A stretch of 62,241 bases of DNA, filler included, from Porpidia crustulata (lineage: Eukaryota), in the NCBI GenBank assembly GCA_964255105.1. It is 5 parts of 5 records of this genome, joined end to end, with 100 filler letters (N's around TTAATTAATTAA, not from the genome) between each part and the next. Parts side by side here need not be neighbours in the genome. Positions count along the whole stretch, not along the records: positions 37,437 to 49,792 come from CAXUWE010000544.1; 4 more parts are not named here. One strand, written 5' to 3'. Shown in pieces: positions 38,053-49,892 of the stretch (within the stretch, counting starts at the first letter, position 1; each line of letters starts with the position of its first letter). The translations under genes and the position numbers were made by a program. The notes under the pieces are model-generated. The model did no database searches. It was not told the DNA's origin and saw only the letters and a program-made list of their open reading frames with translations.

Positions 38053-39920
38053 TTACCTAGGAGCATACTTGTGATAATGCCGATCGCGGCTTATGCTCCT
38101 ATCACGGGACCTGCTCCGCGCCCGAGCGCGACTGGAGCTTCGGGACTGGACGTACGGATACGGTGGCTCCGAGGCCTCGAGACTGGATGCTGCGAACACG
38201 CGGTTGAGATCGCGCTCCTCCTCGCGAGAGTTGAGGGTCATGACGCGGCGCATGGCGGGATAGGGGTTTGAATTTCTTCGGGCGCGGACGCGGTGGTATT
38301 TTTCTGTGGGCTATCAGTCGATGCAAGGGTTGATTGGTAGATGAGAGAAATACCTGGTGGAGTATACTCTTCGCTGCTGTCAGTCGATGGGTAACGGCCT
38401 CGGACTCGCCGGCGCCGCTCCCGTCTGTAAGGCGTTTCGTACACTGATGAGGTGGATCGAGCGCTCGATTCTACAAAGTCTCGTTCGACTACTGTCGGTC
38501 GAGATCGCGATCTCGTCTCGACCCGTCGTCCGCAAAGATGTGATGGTGAACGTGCCCTCCTTTCGATAATATGCCTCTCTGTCACCGGTGTTCGAGAGCG
38601 CCCTCTCCGTTCGACGACATGAGTCTCTGAAATTGATGGCGAAGAGCGCTCACCGCGATCGATCATGTGAGTCTCGGTGATAGGTGCTGCCCCAGTTTCC
38701 ACAATCTTGGTTTGGGTGATGGACTGGACCGCAGGCTCAACAATCTGCCTGGTGATAATAGGCGGTGGTCTTGGTTCGTAGTACACACTTTGGCCCCCAA
38801 CTGTCTCACTGATGCGGCGACGGTGGAAATTGTCCTGCATTTCCGGAGAGACTTGTACGATGCGTACAGTTCGAGATGGTGGACGCTCTACTCGTTCTGT
38901 GTAGGATGTAACCTCAACAGGCCGTTCGCTTTGATAAGAGTCCACGCCAAAGGGTCCAATCGGACTAGCAGCGTAGGTAGTGCCAGGTTCAACTATCATC
39001 GATTGAGATTGACGACGAATCGTGGATCTAATACCTGCACGATCGTCGTCGAGTTCAACCACCTTCTCTACATGACGAGGAATATGCTCATAATCATCAT
39101 CGAAGCTGGAAGTATCCCGGGACCTCACGATCCGTAGCGGTCGCCTGGAGACCACGCTCCTTGATCTAGATCGCAATGGTATTCGTCGGACTCGGATTCG
39201 AACACGATGATCATCCGAACTGGAAGTCTCGTCATGCCTGCTCCTCCGCCGATAATGTCGACGGCTCATACTCCTGGATCTAGAACGAGATCTAGACAAC
39301 GAGCGCCCCCGGCCATCGACATATTTGATACGCCTGACAAGACGTACTCTTCGTCGCTCAGGTGAGTATTCGCTTGTCCTCCTCCTCGACCTTGCTCCGT
39401 CATAGGATACTACAATCTGTGGCTTTGTATCCAGGCTTGATCGTCTTGAGTTGCGATCTCCATCTGCCTTTCTTGCCGAATGAAGAGGTCGACCTTTTTC
39501 GAATTCACTGACTCTATCTCCCGTCGATGAAGTCCATCTCCGGCGTAATCGGTAATGCTCGATTCTGTCTCGCGACTTTCCCTGGTTGTCGCTACGGTTA
39601 CATGATGTCCGTTTCTTTGCGCAGCTGCTGCATAATTTTGGCTTTGGTAACTCTCCTGGAGCTAGAGGATGGTTTTTTTGATAGCTAGGTGATCGAAATT
39701 GGCCGCACGAAATGCATTTGTGTTTCAGAGTCGCATCTGTGACTTGATGCGGGCCCCGTGTAATGTATGTCGTGGTCGTAGGTTGTATTACTTCCGCGAT
39801 AGCTGGCTCAGACAGCCTTGTTTCCCGGACAAGCACTCTTTCAGGTTCAATCGTCCTCGTCAGCATCGTCGGCTTGTCCGGTCTTTCTTGCTCAATGCGC
39901 GCTCGATTCGGCCTACCCAT
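38053..39920 (-). CDS. Uncharacterised Arg/Ser-rich disordered protein with an N-terminal CxxC...CxxC motif, 2 exons
   Basis: 560-aa ORF with CISCGQFRSPSYQKNHPLAPGELPKPKLCSSC and RSRSRS tracts. An intron at ~38354-38305 joins the RS-rich terminal exon (frame of ORF 38053..38253). Confidence 0.7.
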
Positions 39921-40800
39921 CTCGTACTTTAGTACTCAGAGGTATTGAAAGTCGCTTGTGTAAATGCTTAGTCGTTCGATTGACTATACAATATGAAATA
40001 ATGCTGGCTAAGGGCTTCGCCAAGTTGCAGGGTTCTTTTTCCAGCCCAGCTTGAAGCCTCCTCTTTCTGGTGAAAATTAGGCCGCTCGTACAACCTTGGA
40101 AGTATTTAAGGAAGTCGATCTAGGTTTCGGTCAGCTCGGAACTCCAAATATGATCTTATTTAGTAAAGGTGGAATGTATGACCTGCATTGTCATCGACGT
40201 ATCATCTACCCTCTCGTACAATAATGATTGGGGTAGCCTAAGTACAGGTGAAGCCGCAGTTAAGACCGTGTAGACTTGCGATTCTAATACATAAAAATGA
40301 AGGTGTAGCGGTGAAAATGTTGAAGGCACTTCGGGATTAAGAGTTCATAGGGATAGTAAAGAGTGAATGAGACCTGTCAAGCAACAATGCCCCCACTAAG
40401 GTATGTCAATCACGAGAAAATTCGCATATAGAGAGACCTTTTCAATAAAGGTACAAGTTGGCCTCTATTTTGAGCTACTGGTTTGGGAAAGAATCACCAA
40501 CACGACAGATAAAATCTGATGACTTGGAAATTGACCCACAAAAAAGCTACTTTACCCAAGAAACCCCTTTCCAATGACGCGTGTAAGGACTCTCCAATGC
40601 ATATTTCCCCATCCCAGAATCTCAAACAATGCATTAGGGTACTATCCAACCTATTTTATCCACCTGATAAATTGATCAGGTGTATATCCTCCACCCTGCC
40701 TTCCTCTCCATTTCACCATCCAGGATCTCCATGCTCGTCCTCCAATGGGGGTGTCTAAAGAACAACGAGTTACTGTCTTTGTTCAAAAAGATCAGCGATA

Positions 40801-42171
40801 CTAATGTACCTTCCGTCCTAGGTCAGGCCAAAAACCACACATCATTGCCTCGGCGATATCAATTTGCTGGGCCTCCCATTCGGAAGACCCAATTTCCGTA
40901 TCTGGCCAAGAGATGCCAGAAAACCCAGGATCGACGAGAGCATCCGCAAAAGCGTTCTGGCACGGGACTTTCTCGCCAGGAGCAGTGATCGCCAAAGGAG
41001 AAGGTTTGGGTTGAAGAATTTCGAAGTTGAGAACCTCTGGTGGAGGAAAGCGGATAGGGCGGGGAGGAGGAGGGTTGTTGAGTTGGGGAGTACGGGATTT
41101 GGCGAGATATGGATGTGAATGGGTGGGATTGAAGATGACCACCAGAGTCAGAGCGGTCAAGAGGCTTAAGGTCTTGTTCTTACTTACAAACGTAACGCAG
41201 GCTAACACAGGTGCTTTAGTAAGCTGCCATAGGCTGTAGGCGACGGCAAAGACAAACCGCCACATAGCATTAGGGAAGACAAGGAGGATGCCAAAAGTAG
41301 GGCGAGTCCAGCTGGACGCGTGCCTTGAGTTCTGGATAGGAGGAAGCATCTCGTGTTGGAGTTGTGCATTCAGTATATCTTCGTCCGAACGCCTTTCTTG
41401 TGGAAGGAGTGTTGCTGGGACATCATACTCTTGGTATCGGTTCCAAAATGTAGTCGCAGCATAAGCTGAAAGATGTGCCAAAGTCCGGACCACAATCAAC
41501 ATGGTGCCAATTATAAGTAATAAGCTCCATCTCAAAAATGTCCTATCTTTCTTACTATACTTTTCCATTGCATGCTGACGTTCTATTGTCGCCTGTTGCG
41601 TCTGTCTGTCGGCCTTCTCGGATTGATGCGGTTGACATTCTCGCTGGTGTTGATACGCGGAATAGCCAAAGGCTTCCAGATTCTTTCTTGTCTTTGGCTC
41701 TGCCTGTTCTCTACTAAGTCTCTCTCGAAGTATATCCTGTTCATGCTCATCGTCTCTTGCTATCTTACGACGCGTCGCATCCAAGCTAGCAAAGCGAGAA
41801 TGTTCATAAAATTCTTGATCATAACCATAGAGATGGACGTTAGCCAGCTTTGCGGCATATTGCTCGTTTCTTTTCCATAGCGCTTTCTCTTGACTCGTAG
41901 CCCGCTCTCGGCTGATTTCAAACATTTCAGCAGAGTCAAGCGCGTTCATTTCATTTTCAAGCATTTGTTTGGGCGTCAATAGGTCGGCGTTCTTGTAAAC
42001 CCCTCCATGGATGGGCGGCCCTGGATAGAAATGAGGTGTGTGTGTGACCACTTGTGAACCTGCCCACTTGCAACTCCAGTCCTTATCAGCAAGATACTTG
42101 TTAATGACTTTCCGATTTCTGGAGCCTTGATCGTACATGGTCTGGACGCTTGCCGATCTTCCGAAGCTCAT
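40801..42171 (-). CDS. Uncharacterised 456-aa protein with a charged coil region and 2-3 hydrophobic segments
   Basis: Long uninterrupted ATG ORF; hydrophobic stretches WSLLLIIGTMLIVV, FGILLVFPNAMWRFVFAVAYSLW, LSLLTALTLVVIF; no family recognised. Confidence 0.6.
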   Translation of the reverse strand: MSFGRSASVQTMYDQGSRNRKVINKYLADKDWSCKWAGSQVVTHTPHFYPGPPIHGGVYKNADLLTPKQMLENEMNALDSAEMFEISRERATSQEKALWKRNEQYAAKLANVHLYGYDQEFYEHSRFASLDATRRKIARDDEHEQDILRERLSREQAEPKTRKNLEAFGYSAYQHQRECQPHQSEKADRQTQQATIERQHAMEKYSKKDRTFLRWSLLLIIGTMLIVVRTLAHLSAYAATTFWNRYQEYDVPATLLPQERRSDEDILNAQLQHEMLPPIQNSRHASSWTRPTFGILLVFPNAMWRFVFAVAYSLWQLTKAPVLACVTFVSKNKTLSLLTALTLVVIFNPTHSHPYLAKSRTPQLNNPPPPRPIRFPPPEVLNFEILQPKPSPLAITAPGEKVPCQNAFADALVDPGFSGISWPDTEIGSSEWEAQQIDIAEAMMCGFWPDLGRKVH

Positions 42172-42937
42172 CTCTGATTATGAAAGTGAGTCTGTGAATG
42201 ATCTTCTGTGGGTTCCTCCTTCAAATATCTCTGGAAAGCGGCTTGCTCTTAATGGAGGAGGACGTTGTGGGGTAATCTGTAGACAGAGTATGTAGACCAA
42301 TTGGCCAGGGACAATCCGAGAAGTGAGTAGCTAACGTACGTGAACACGGCGACAAGGATGTGAGCTAGTAAGGCGAGACCCAAGAAGACGTGATTGATAG
42401 TGTCTGAATTGAGCAATGTAAAGTCGAATTAGCAAGAAGCGGCTCAAGCAGAGCGTCGCTGACAGGAATCAAAAAACATCACCCAAGGCAGGATAGGTAA
42501 GAGTGCTTCCAGGAAGACCGTTGTTGACCGATTCTGGAGGGCCAATGCGTCGAACTGCGTTGACACAACTGCTGTTATTGTGGTGCAGCAAAGCGTTCCA
42601 AATAGCGAACACGGTCTCCTTCCGTGTCAAAACAATGGGAATATTTTGTAAGAAGATACAATGAGAATAGTTAGTAAAATGTGTTATACAGTGATAGTTC
42701 AAGGCAGTCGCAAGAATTGTCATCAACAAGGACATGTCTCCACCCAATTTTAAATCAAGATAAATATCAAAGGCGATTTACAAATGCTTTCAGGAAGTGT
42801 GGCAGCGTGTAGGACTTCTCATTGACAATTGTCAATTGCTGATTATAAGCTACGAAAACGTTGTTTACTACCGTATGTACAGTAGATCCGATGACTATTC
42901 ACAATAGCAACACTACATTCATTCTTGCTGTTGTCAG

Positions 42938-44150
42938 TTACATTGCCGCTGGCTGCACTAAGATGTTACCTTGACACATCATTAGCTATGAGAACTCCGT
43001 GGGTAGGCAAACACTCACCCCCATCTGGATACAGAACCTGCGCGTTGAAAAACAAGCCGCCTGGTCCTGCTAGGAACAGTATACAAGCAGCCATATCCGC
43101 ATCAGTACCGGCCCGCCCTTTGGCATAATTAGGTCTATGCGCCTTGAAAATCGAAAAGGCGATTTGATAATTTCTTACCTGCAGGATTTGACATCTGCAT
43201 GTCAAGAGAAGATTTCTGGTCATTACCAGATGAGCCAGCAGTCATTTCACTTGGGAAGATGCCAGGCGCTATACAATTAACACGAATCTTCGCCTCGGAA
43301 AAGGTGGTTGCCATCATTCTCGTCAGATGTATAAACCCTATTTATTGATAAGCATGGATCGACAGATACAAGCCAACTGGAAGGCAAAGCTCCAGTCGAA
43401 CCACTAACCAGCCTTTGATGTCGCATATGCAAATTGCCCACCACTGCTACCTTTCATAACCCCTGAGATTGAAGCCACGTTGACGACTGATGAGGTATAA
43501 CCAGGGGTAGAATCCCTCCCTTTGGCCAACAATGGCAGGAAAGCCGCTGTGTCCCGTGATATTGGTTTGGAATGTATCTTGCCAATTCTCAGGCTCGCTC
43601 TTCATCAGGTGCTCGGAAATACTTTCGGCACTACTCAGGTCTGGCCTGCCTATCTTGGAGTAGCTGGTATTATCGTCACGTGCAATGCCAGCTGAGGAAG
43701 TCGTCAGGAAAGAAAGAGGCAAAGGGACTGATCATCCAACCATCGTTGACAAGCAGATTGATTCCTTTAGACTCCTTCTCACCAAGCTCTTTTGCAAGGC
43801 GCTTAATGTCGTCCTTGTTACTAATGTCTCCCCTAAAGAAGCTCAGATTTCATGGTGCCGACAGAGATTGGATTACGACCTACGGGAGCCTTTGGAGATT
43901 AGATAGACCTTCCATCCATGAAATATTTGGCTTACGCTATAATCTTCCCCGGTCCATTGTTGTATTGGTCCACCACGCTCTCCAACGCTTCATGTCGCCG
44001 GCCTGTGATATAGACCTTCGCTCCATTCGACACCAATGCTTGAGTTATCATAAGGCCAATACCCGTGCCCCCACCAGTCACTACAGCAGTGAGATGGGAG
44101 ACATCGAACAGCATAGTGTTCTTAAGGTCTTTGTTTGCCTTCGACGTCAT
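42938..44150 (-). pseudogene. Short-chain dehydrogenase/reductase with a frameshift at ~43549 (7 exons, including a 6-nt microexon)
   Basis: TGGGTGIG, LVNDAG, catalytic VVNVASIS and YATSK, RVNCIAPG, LYPDGG. The frame changes between ...TNITG and AAFLPLLAKG... with no splice signals; the unshifted frame stops at 43447. Confidence 0.75.
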
Positions 44151-45401
44151 ATTTCTCGTGGGTGAAATGATCGATGGTTTGAAGTAGACTTTTCTTGTTG
44201 AAGGTGCAGCTTGTGTGGTAAAATGAAACATCGCATAAACTGTCCCTTGCACAACCAATGTCCACAGCGGCTGTGGTGCCTTAGGATGAGCCAGATCGAT
44301 GACGCTAGGGTCGCCGATGACGTCTCCAGAACATAGATGCATTTGTAGCACTAGGTCGGTCCAGCATAATTGATCGATAATACATATAAGACGTGTTTCC
44401 TACTTGGTTATTTGGATCATAGAAGCTGGGAGCCGCACTCTCAGCCATAAATGTAGGTAGGCATTCACAAATAATCAATGCCGCGTACCCTAGTCAGCAT
44501 ATTATTGTTGATCAATAGGTAAGTATATTGACATGGATACCGGGCTAAGATAGCCTTGTGTGTATCGAAAGATTGCCGTCTCTACTCCTTCTCGCTCTCT
44601 CTTTGTAGACATTTCCTATGGCATTCGCAACTATTAGAATTTCATAACTGCCACTAGTTGCTGGTCTTCATGTCTGTATCGTCGTTTTTTCAGGATCTTG
44701 GCCTGCAGAACCATCATGAGTTGGTTCTCGCACATGCGCTCTTGTGCAGAACCCCTGTCAAAGGAATTGGCGAGTTGGCCTTTGCTCGTGGGCGGGTCCG
44801 ATGCCATTCTTAGCATTATCGTATCTACTTCTTTACTGAACGTCATAACAATTTTTATCTCGTTATTTTCTAAGTTGAAGTCGAATTGGTCCTCTTTGTC
44901 TTTGTGGACCTTGGTTTGCGGACGCTTTACTCTTGTTCATTACAAATCAATTCTTACTCATACTCTACGTGGCCATGACCGACTCTAATCTGATACAAAC
45001 ATCGTCCTCTAGTCATGGGCATATTCTCTGCGATGATCTATAATGGAATCCATCGCTAGCCAGAACAATTGAGAAAATCGGTGAGCAGTCATGCATCCCA
45101 CTTCTCTGCTATCGTATGGTCATAAATTGTTTCTTGAAGCTATGGATATCCTAAACACACATGTGGCTCATCTCCTTTACCCCAACATCGGCGAATTATA
45201 ATCTCCATCGTCTACAATCATAACGAGCGAAACCATACAACCAAAAAATGTGGCGGATCCGTGTCCTGCATCTCAAGTTAAAAATCTCCCGCATCTGCAA
45301 TGTCCTCCTTATTGAACCTTAGTATTGCGTTTGGTTGCTGGTTGACCGCTCTATTAGCGCTTCTCATTACTTTGGTACCAGCTAGCCTACCTCTCAAACT
45401 A

Positions 45402-45727
45402 TCAACATGGAGTCGAGCATTTGGGGCAGTGTTTGCCGGGCAGTACCCACTGCTCTACACCCTTTTCCTCGCATTTTGGGCATCTGATACCTGGCATCTA
45501 ATGGTAGCGCAGGTTAGCATAAATGCAAACACAGAAGTAGCACGGTTTGTCTAGGCCAAAAGTCCAGACATGGAAGAAATGAGCTGGTAGAAACTGACCG
45601 GCAAGTGGGCTGTTGGTGTCCCGTCCACGTCACTATTACGGAAAAAGACGGGCACGTCGGATCCCGGGATAGGCATTGGGAAAGGGCTGTGGTCATGAAC
45701 GTCGGTGAAGTCTGGAGTGAAAGACAT
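45402..45727 (-). CDS. Small two-exon zinc-ribbon-like protein (74 aa), absent from the ORF track
   Basis: Exon 1 45727-45599: MSFTPDFTDVHDHSPFPMPIPGSDVPVFFRNSDVDGTPTAHLP. Intron 45598-45498 (GTCAGT...GCTAAC...TAG). Exon 2 45497-45402: MPGIRCPKCEEKGVEQWVLPGKHCPKCSTPC*. TATATAA lies ~120 nt upstream. Confidence 0.8.
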
Positions 45728-47737
45728 TTGATCTGGAGGATAGGGAAAGGGTAATGATTCTGATTAGTAGTAAGTTGCTTTTTCTGTTGCGAGGTTGTGC
45801 AGCTTCAGTGGTATTGGGTTGAGCTTTCGAAACTGTGGAATCGACTGATTATATAGTCATCCAGGAGCGCGCGACCTTTACTGTGGAACATTGACCTCGG
45901 CGGCCATGTCGAGCACCAATGCAAGCTTCCTCGTTGCAGAGTTTACTTTGACATGAGAACCTTCCGCTATCTACATCTTAGCGTCAGAGTCTCACAAATG
46001 ATACTATCTGCAGTGGTCATGAGACCCAGCGCACGCCGTTAGGGTAATCCGAGCATTTCGAAGGAAGATATCTGAATGCAAGTTATGGAGCTAATGGTTT
46101 CAATGAAGCTACGAAGCCATACGAATTGCAGGCCACTGCTAGTTTCAGAAAGAATTTCCCGACTATCCGCATCGCATTTCCGCATTACTAGCGTACTTCT
46201 GCAGGCTACCAGGACGCGGAAGCTTTGGCTGGCTACAGAAGGAAATGAGACAACTCGGCTTACGGTCAGTTTCTTGGGCGTTTGGGCAAATTCTTAGGGA
46301 GCACTTTACCAGCAGGCAAGATCGCCACGACCCGTATATATCGAGAGTGGTTGAAGTACGGGAGAGCATCTCTAACCGGCATTGCTTTTCAATTTTTGCC
46401 CCAAGCATTTCCTCATTCGTCTGGAGACTCTCAGCGATATTCGTAGGGCCGTTGCAGTATCATTCGCGTATTAGATCTAAACAAAACCTCGACACAGCGC
46501 ACCGTATCTAAAACTTTGGATCAAGCAACTTGTTGCCCGGGTCTGAGCGAAGACAGAAGCGTGCCTTCGATTTGAGAGTGGTGTGACCTACACGGCGTCC
46601 ACTTGCATTGTGCTTGCCGAAACGCCTTCATATCTGCGTGGATATTTCCATACGGGTCTAGAATCGCAGGGAAAATACCCAAACGCTCGCGGCTGGGTAC
46701 CTTGCTTTATGAGAAGATTCTGGTCTCGAGTGCGAATATATGATAGGACCCAGACAATGCATCCCAAGACATTGGTAGCCAATCACGACCTTACAAAGAC
46801 CCGGGAAACACCGACACATCACCCTTGCTTTCATCTGAGATCGCACAGGCCTTGCAAACCAATGAAACGATATGATATGGTCTTATGACCATGAGTCTGC
46901 CCAGCACATTTTGAGTTCGCAATAAGCACGGCGAAAACCCATTGCGGGCCGCCACATTGCGACCGAGAATGTTTTGGTATCGTCAACTTTCAACGGATAC
47001 TTGCAGATTGCGATCCTCCTATTGTCCGAGACTTTCCTTTGAACTGCCGTCCCGCTTGTCAATCTACGCCATATACATAGACTTGCACAGAAACAGAGCC
47101 GATGGGTACACCATGTCGGAAACCTTCCAAGCAGTCGCGACTCGAAGTCATATGGGTGTTTACTATTCCTGTGAATTGCATCGCAGACTTCGCGCTATCA
47201 TACCTTGATACGTATAGAATTGCGCGCCTGACTAGGTAGGTCTACGGCGGTGCATGATAATTGCATCTATACTCTTGCTTCACCCCCTAGCCCGATTGTA
47301 TATCCCATGTTCTCTTGCCGATTCCAATAGCGGAATCGCTACGGAGCTGAAGGAATCACTACCTGTGTATCTTCGTTTCCACGTCAGGGACTTGCACATC
47401 CTACAACCTTCCGCCTCAATTGCAAATGCTGACGGTGAGTACTGTATGGCCAAACAACTCTGTACACCGTCTCAGGTTTGCGCTTGCCGGCTGTCATATC
47501 TCACAAATGACCTGCTATTGTAGCGAATACGTACCAAGGACACATCGACAACGCACCAAGACATCCCACATTCATGCGCTTGACATATGCAAGTGGATGA
47601 TGGTACGATACGCAATGCATTTATGGCTACTGCGTCACCAATGTATGGCCCGTCGCACGGTGAAAGGATGACAGTTTCAGTCCTAAACAGGCCGAGAGGA
47701 GAACTAGCACATCGAGATTGACTACACCGCTGCTACA

Positions 47738-49792
47738 TCAACCAATGCTTTTGTCGATCTTTACCAAGAGTATACCTTGGCCTGCAGTACCGTTGGCGTT
47801 CAATAGACGAACAATACGATACCCAGGCCGCAACCTATCGAGTCGTATACACGCCCAAGCAGCCAAGTCATCTTTGCCCATCTCATCGTCCTGGATTTTA
47901 AACCTAGCCAAACAGCGCAAGATCAGCCGTCTGATGCCACATTACTGTCGGATCTCCAATTCTCCGGGTTTCGTCACGCTACTGCGTGAGAGAGGATACC
48001 AATTATGCAGGGCAACGCTATTGCAGACAGAGCCATGGTTGAAGAAATGCTGTGTGACCGCAACTACCATTCCTCAGGGTAGAGTCGTACCCGCCGGAAG
48101 GGAGACGTCGCACCCTTACAATCGTATTGCAGCAGTCGACGGAAACCAAAAAGCTTAATCGAAATCATGTACGTACCTCACAAAACTGAGCTCTTCCACA
48201 ACTTCTGGTATGCCCACAAATTCTACCTTCTCACCGCCATAATCAGGTTCGACGCCTCGACTCGTCTTGGTGCGGCGCTTGTACTGCCCATCTTTACTCT
48301 TGCCATCACCTTCGATCGGAGCTCCAGTCCGCTCTTCGGGTTTCTCAACGTGCAGCTCACATTTGATATATGGTTTAAAGCGATCTGGTTTGTGGTCTTT
48401 CAGCGGTAGAGGTATGTTCTGACCGGCAAAGATCTCGATTGACAACGTCAGAGCTCTGTGAGCAATGGCGTCTGCTTGCGATTCTTGTGACAAGGCTTTA
48501 CTGCTCCCACCAGATTCGCCTCGATATGCTTTGGGTTTCAATACCCAGCCTCCATGATTAGCAAACATTCCTTCGTTGAGCATCATTCCCGCGTCGAATT
48601 TTTGCCAGTTTAGTGCCACCATCTGAACGCCTTTACGCCAAAATACCGACGGGTCGAGATTCGACGATGAGACTCGCATTCCCGATGGGAAAGCCCTCAT
48701 CAAGAAATTTCGGTTATGCGAAAACAAAGTCGGTCCTTGGCTCTGATGAACCTCCATCAGCTTCTTCTCCGATAATGAGAAAACGTGTGTCGGTTCCGTA
48801 GCTTCTGGTTGCGTGAGATTCTTGAAATGATAACTTCGAGTATACACGCCCAGAGCGCCCAAGGCACCGATGATGGCGCTTTTTTTGACCTTCTTTCCCT
48901 TCGAATCTGCCAAGCTCTCAGACCCAGATGAGGAAGATGAGCGCGTCCGTGGGATTGGCGCAGGTGCCAATTCCTTTTTCGCTACCCCAGGCGGTACGTT
49001 TTTGACCTTGACAAGAATCTTCTGCCGCAACTCTCCGGGGCAGGGTAGATTTGTGGAGTTGTCAACAGGGAATCTGACCAGCATATTTCCCCATAGGGTC
49101 TCCATGATGTCGACCATTATTTCCTGCTGTACAGTCCCGGCGTGTATCTCTAAGCTGACAATGACCGGCAGATCACTATCGAGTGCAGATTAGCCCATGT
49201 AAATCTGGGAATCGGGCATCTCTGCAGCGGTGTGCAGTTGCTTTTGCTATCTGCGGAAGCGCGCTCACCTATTCACAAATGCAGCGTCCCGAATCGCAGT
49301 ACACACCTCCCGAAAGGACACCTCTTTCGTCAACGTATACCCATGCAAGACTCTCGGTTCCGCCTGCATTGTCGTGGACGCCGTTGTCCACGGCGTTGGC
49401 ATGCTCACGATATTGCTGCCCTCCATACCTGTGGAACCCGTAGGCTCAGGTGACTCGTTATCGGCTTCGTGCTTTTTCGAGTGCAGCCGGGGGAGATGCG
49501 GGCGGAATCGGTGATGTTTCTTCTCGCCAGCTTCGTCTTGCGAATCCTTGTTGGCTCTAGGTAGTTCACCATCCCACACGTCGATTTCAATGCAGCGGCA
49601 GTTGCGGAGGAGGACCTTTTTGATTTCTCAGCCTTTGCTCCTCACGTACTAATCTATCCATTTATCTCCTGATATATATAGAGTATACATATTCTAACAA
49701 GTAATCTAACCGTCCCGATATGTGATCCACCCCCAACACCAAAATAAATGGCACTTACACTCCTATAAGCCCCAGTACTACTCTCCCCATAC
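47738..49792 (-). CDS. Phosphoinositide-specific phospholipase C (X, Y and C2 domains), 5'-truncated by contig end
   Basis: X domain YGESSTGAYRS/VLLRNCRCIEIDVWDG, EPRVLHGYTLT, DLPVIVSLEIH. Y domain HVFSLSE, LMRAFPSGMRVSSSN, GVQMVALNWQ. C2 domain LSFVR/FKIQDDE...AWACIRLDRLRPGYR. Introns at ~49758-49616, ~49268-49186 and ~48175-47904. Confidence 0.92.
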
Positions 49793-49892
49793 NNNNNNNN
49801 NNNNNNNNNNNNNNNNNNNNNNNNNNNNNNNNNNNNTTAATTAATTAANNNNNNNNNNNNNNNNNNNNNNNNNNNNNNNNNNNNNNNNNNNN
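49793..49892. other. Artificial contig-joining spacer
   Basis: N44-TTAATTAATTAA-N44. Confidence 0.98.

Noticed and set aside
44634..44940. ~100-codon open frame on the minus strand
   Set aside because: No supported start or splice structure and no recognisable motif; left unresolved.
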